Of a stretch of DNA of 58,253 nucleotides, positions 54,808 through 58,253 are shown one piece after another (position 1 is the stretch's first letter; every line of letters starts with the position of its first letter). Position numbers and translations under genes: made by a program. The stretch is from Thraustochytrium aureum (taxonomy: Eukaryota). The stretch spans positions 13,297 to 71,549 of the forward strand of contig BLSG01000021.1 of the NCBI GenBank assembly GCA_012862495.1, written 5' to 3'. Under the pieces are notes generated by a model. It saw only the letters and a program-made list of their open reading frames with translations. It did no database searches and was not told the DNA's origin.

Positions 54808-57800
54808 ATGAACGAGTACTTGCACTGGGCGGAGAAGCGGAACGACGGCGACCAAGTCCCAAAGATTACCGGGGAGACTGGCGCAACTACTGGGGAAGAC
54901 GAGCTTGCACAGGTTTTCAAAGAAGCCGGGTTTGGCGAGGACGAGCGCGCTGGCGATGAGGATGAGCGCGCGGACGATGAGGGCCCTAGCGAGGACGAGA
55001 AGGAAGACGTGAAGAAAGCGCTGGCCAGACGAGCCGAGAATGTGGGGGCTTCAAGTGGGACCAGGCGGCCTCGGCTGGGCAAAAAACCGGATCCTCACGC
55101 AGCGCGAGGCGGACAACCTGCTCACAGCGAGAGACCTGTCGTACAACCCGTTCAAGTACCGCAAGCGAGCGATCCGGTACGTGACGTACGTCTCTGGCTT
55201 TGTCGGGCTTTGTGTGTTTGTGCTGTGGGTGATGTCATTGCTCCTCCGGCACTACTACGGCATCGAATTCGAGTTGCGCAACCTCCTCATTCAGGAGCGA
55301 TCAACGTTTACAGAGGACGGAAGCATGGGCATTCACAACCTGAATCCACACGTTGATCTGGAGGTTTCTTCCAAAGAGAGCTCGACCTGGACCAGCACAA
55401 TTCGCCTTAGCACGCGCGAAAACACGGCGGCAACTGCCTCGCAAAGCGCCCGACGCGCTCTTAGCAAAGAGGGCAAGCGTGATCTGACTCGGCCAGGCGT
55501 CACGCCGCACCGTACACGGCAGGAAAGACGCAAGGAAGCCGAGGGCGGCAGCGTCGGCTTCACACCTTGGCGCGGGTTGCAGTCCCCGCCATGGACAAAC
55601 GATGCGATGTCCAGGCACGACATCGACCCGAGCTCCCCAATCGGACGGGACCTGTTGGAGAGCGAGGTGGCCAAGCAAGAAAAGACCGCAATCGAGTTTG
55701 GTGAGTACATGGCGGACACAAGTTTTCGAACAACGGCGTATATCAAAGCGACGGACGACGTCTTTGAACTCCGGTCGGGCTCAAATCTTCGCCTAGTCTC
55801 CGGCTCGTCAAATGTGGTCTCGATCGCTGCAAATAGTCCAAATGCAAGAGTCGGGGTAGGGATAAGCGATCCTGCCCACAAGCTCCACATCGCCGGCGAC
55901 ACCAAGGTCGACGGAACGCTTCACATTGGTGATGCCGCGCTGCACCTGGACCCGTCGACGAATGCGACACTAGTCGTGTCGACTGCCGTGGAGGCCAACG
56001 GGCTCATATCTGCGCCGTCGACGCTAGTGCAGAGCATTGGGGTGCCGTCTTCGCCTCTCGTTTTAGCGCACACCACTCCCACGGCAGCTCGTCTGACTTT
56101 GAGCGCTGCTGGCCTGGATGAAGGCCAATTTGTCGTTCACCTCCAGCAGGACAACGACGCGTTCACCATCTCGCGCGGGGAAATTGCCGTGCTCCGCGTA
56201 ACAGCGCATCAATTCGCACTGGAATCCATTCCATTGCATGTCCACATGGGGGCCAAGTTCGACGGTGTGGTGAATTTTACGGGGTCAATTGCTGCAGGCG
56301 AGATCGTGGAGACGTTTGGCAACATTGACGTTGGAGACGACAATACAGTTCGGGCCGGTGAGATTGTCGCCAATGATGCGACCGTCAACAGAACCCTCAA
56401 CGTCGGAAGAGTGAATGTGTTGGACACGATTGACATCACTGGCGCCACACTCCTGACCCGAGATTTCGCACCTCCCCATAATATCGAGTACGTCTCCGTC
56501 GGCGCGCTAAACGTGTCCAGGGTCAACTTTGAGCAGTTCCACCTCAAACTCATTCACAACCTCACCATTGAGCACGGCTTGGGGATTACCGGCAACCAAC
56601 TGATCTCGGAAGGCAACGTGTACATTGAGAACAACCGTGACCTCGACAGCACTACATTTCTGCTCGGAAACGTTGTTATCGGCCTCGCGGGGAACCAAGA
56701 CGCGCTTCGCGTCGACGCATCAATTGAAGGGTTGCAGCCGCTTCGATTCAAGCTCAACAAAACGGACGAATTCGCGATACGATTCGCTTTCGAACACCCA
56801 CCGCAAGGCGAGGACGCTGTGCTCGTTTCCCGCACAACATTTCCCGTGGTCTCGTGCTTACAACGGNAAACCCGGATGACCTGAGGGAGACGGGTGACCT
56901 ACGGCGCGGGAGCATCAACCCTGGCTTTGGTCTCATTTCTACTGCCTCGCCTATTGAGACAGTGGACGGCGCGCCGCTGACGGCCTCTGGTCCGCTCTCC
57001 GTAAAGTCTACTTTTGTCGTAGAACCTTGTCATCTTGGCGCAGGTGAGATCATCATCGTCCCTGGAAATCGGACGCTCGTGTCGATTTCTGAGGATGGAA
57101 TCGCGTCCGCGAACAATGTCGCTATTGAGGTCGATGGTGCGATTCCTGGTCAATTCCTGTTACTCCAAAACAAAGATGGCGACTTTACCAACGGTGACGT
57201 AAACATTCCGCCCAACAGCTCGGTTCTCTTGCATTTCGACGGGGAGCAGTGGCGAGAAGTTTCGGGCAGTGCGCGCGTGGTTGGGGTCACAGAGCTCTCT
57301 GCAGCAGCCGATCTCGACATTGGTGACTTTGCTTTCGCAGCGCGCGACCTCATTGCAAGGTCGCAGCCCGAGACACACGTTGCCCTGTACGACACAGGTG
57401 GCCGCCTTTCCAGTAGTGGGCTCCGCTTTGTCGACAACAAAACTCTAGTTGTCGACGATGCTCTTAACGTTTCACGAGACTCCATTACCGCGAACGGGGT
57501 CGACCTAGCTGTGCTTTCTGAGGGAGGGACCGTCACTGTTGAAGCCATCACTTTCAGCCATGCAGACATTGATGGATTGCGTTCCCTCGGGTTTAGCGAA
57601 ACGCACGCAGTCGTCCAAGTTGCTCAGGATCTTAATGTGCTGGCCCCATCGGGAAGCGTGCACATTGCAAACGTCACCTTTACCGGAACCGACATGAGGA
57701 TTCCCGGACACGTTTTTCTCTCGTCTGAAGAGCACCAGTCCTTGGTTCACACAGGATCGGCATCAGGACACCTATCGCTCTCGTCCGAAAACGGTGATGT

Positions 57801-58253
57801 TCTCGTAGAAGGAGTCCGGTTTGATGGGGCGGCAGTGTCCCAGGTCAGTTCACTCGACCTTACTGGCAATGCGAACATTCAAGCTGGGCATCTCATACTC
57901 GCCTCAACCGCGTCTCAGAGCATCACACACACAGGGTCTGCGACGGGTGACCTTGCAATCTCGTCAACGTCAGGGAATGTTTTCGTCGAAGACATCATGT
58001 TCCATGGACAAGATTTGACGACTGCGGGAGACATTGCGACTTCTGCAGGGAATATCCTCATGACATCAACATTCCACCAAGAAATATCTCATGTCGGAGG
58101 TGCAACTGGAGACCTCTCCATCAGAAGCTTGAACGGTGACGTTCGCGTCGAAGGAGCTTCGTTCAGCGACCATTCCATGAGCAATCTCCACTCCCTGGAC
58201 ATGGACGCTGCGTCGGCGTTTATAACACACAGTGGTACGACCTCACTGGCGAT
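54808..58253 (+). CDS. Very large type II membrane protein with tail-fibre-like beta repeats; frameshifts at ~55045 and ~56828; runs off the right edge
   Basis: MNEYLHW at 54808, single TM (VTYVSGFVGLCVFVLWVMSLLL) and RVGVGISDPAHKLHIAGD. After the second shift the frame is open to 58253 (hand translation), with QSITHTG....LxISSxxGxVxVExxxF repeats. Confidence 0.8.

Overview
GC-rich, gene-dense and almost intronless eukaryotic scaffold with many N-gaps and recurrent single-base homopolymer frameshifts, consistent with a draft pyrosequencing-type assembly. A tubular-mastigoneme (OCM/SIG1-type) gene at the left edge indicates a flagellated stramenopile; the compact, intron-poor architecture suggests a thraustochytrid/labyrinthulomycete (inference). 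About 22 coding regions are present. Housekeeping genes: QNG1-like, VPS9 GEF, PRP18, sterol desaturase family, REEP/HVA22, COQ8, EPC, TBCD, RER1 (one intron), NKAP and COPE. The most notable loci are: (1) a soluble ADCY10-type adenylyl cyclase/STAND frame and a class I phosphodiesterase frame that both run open into the same 363-N gap, probably one ~2400-aa cyclase-PDE fusion, lying head-to-head with a 7TM-RGS gene; (2) a WW-domain plus GT7 galactosyltransferase with no membrane anchor; (3) a giant type II membrane protein with phage tail-fibre-like motifs; (4) a modular Cys-rich GPI-anchored surface protein; (5) a protein with four copies of a ~90-aa domain plus a SAM domain. No RNA genes, CRISPR arrays or intact mobile elements were recognised.
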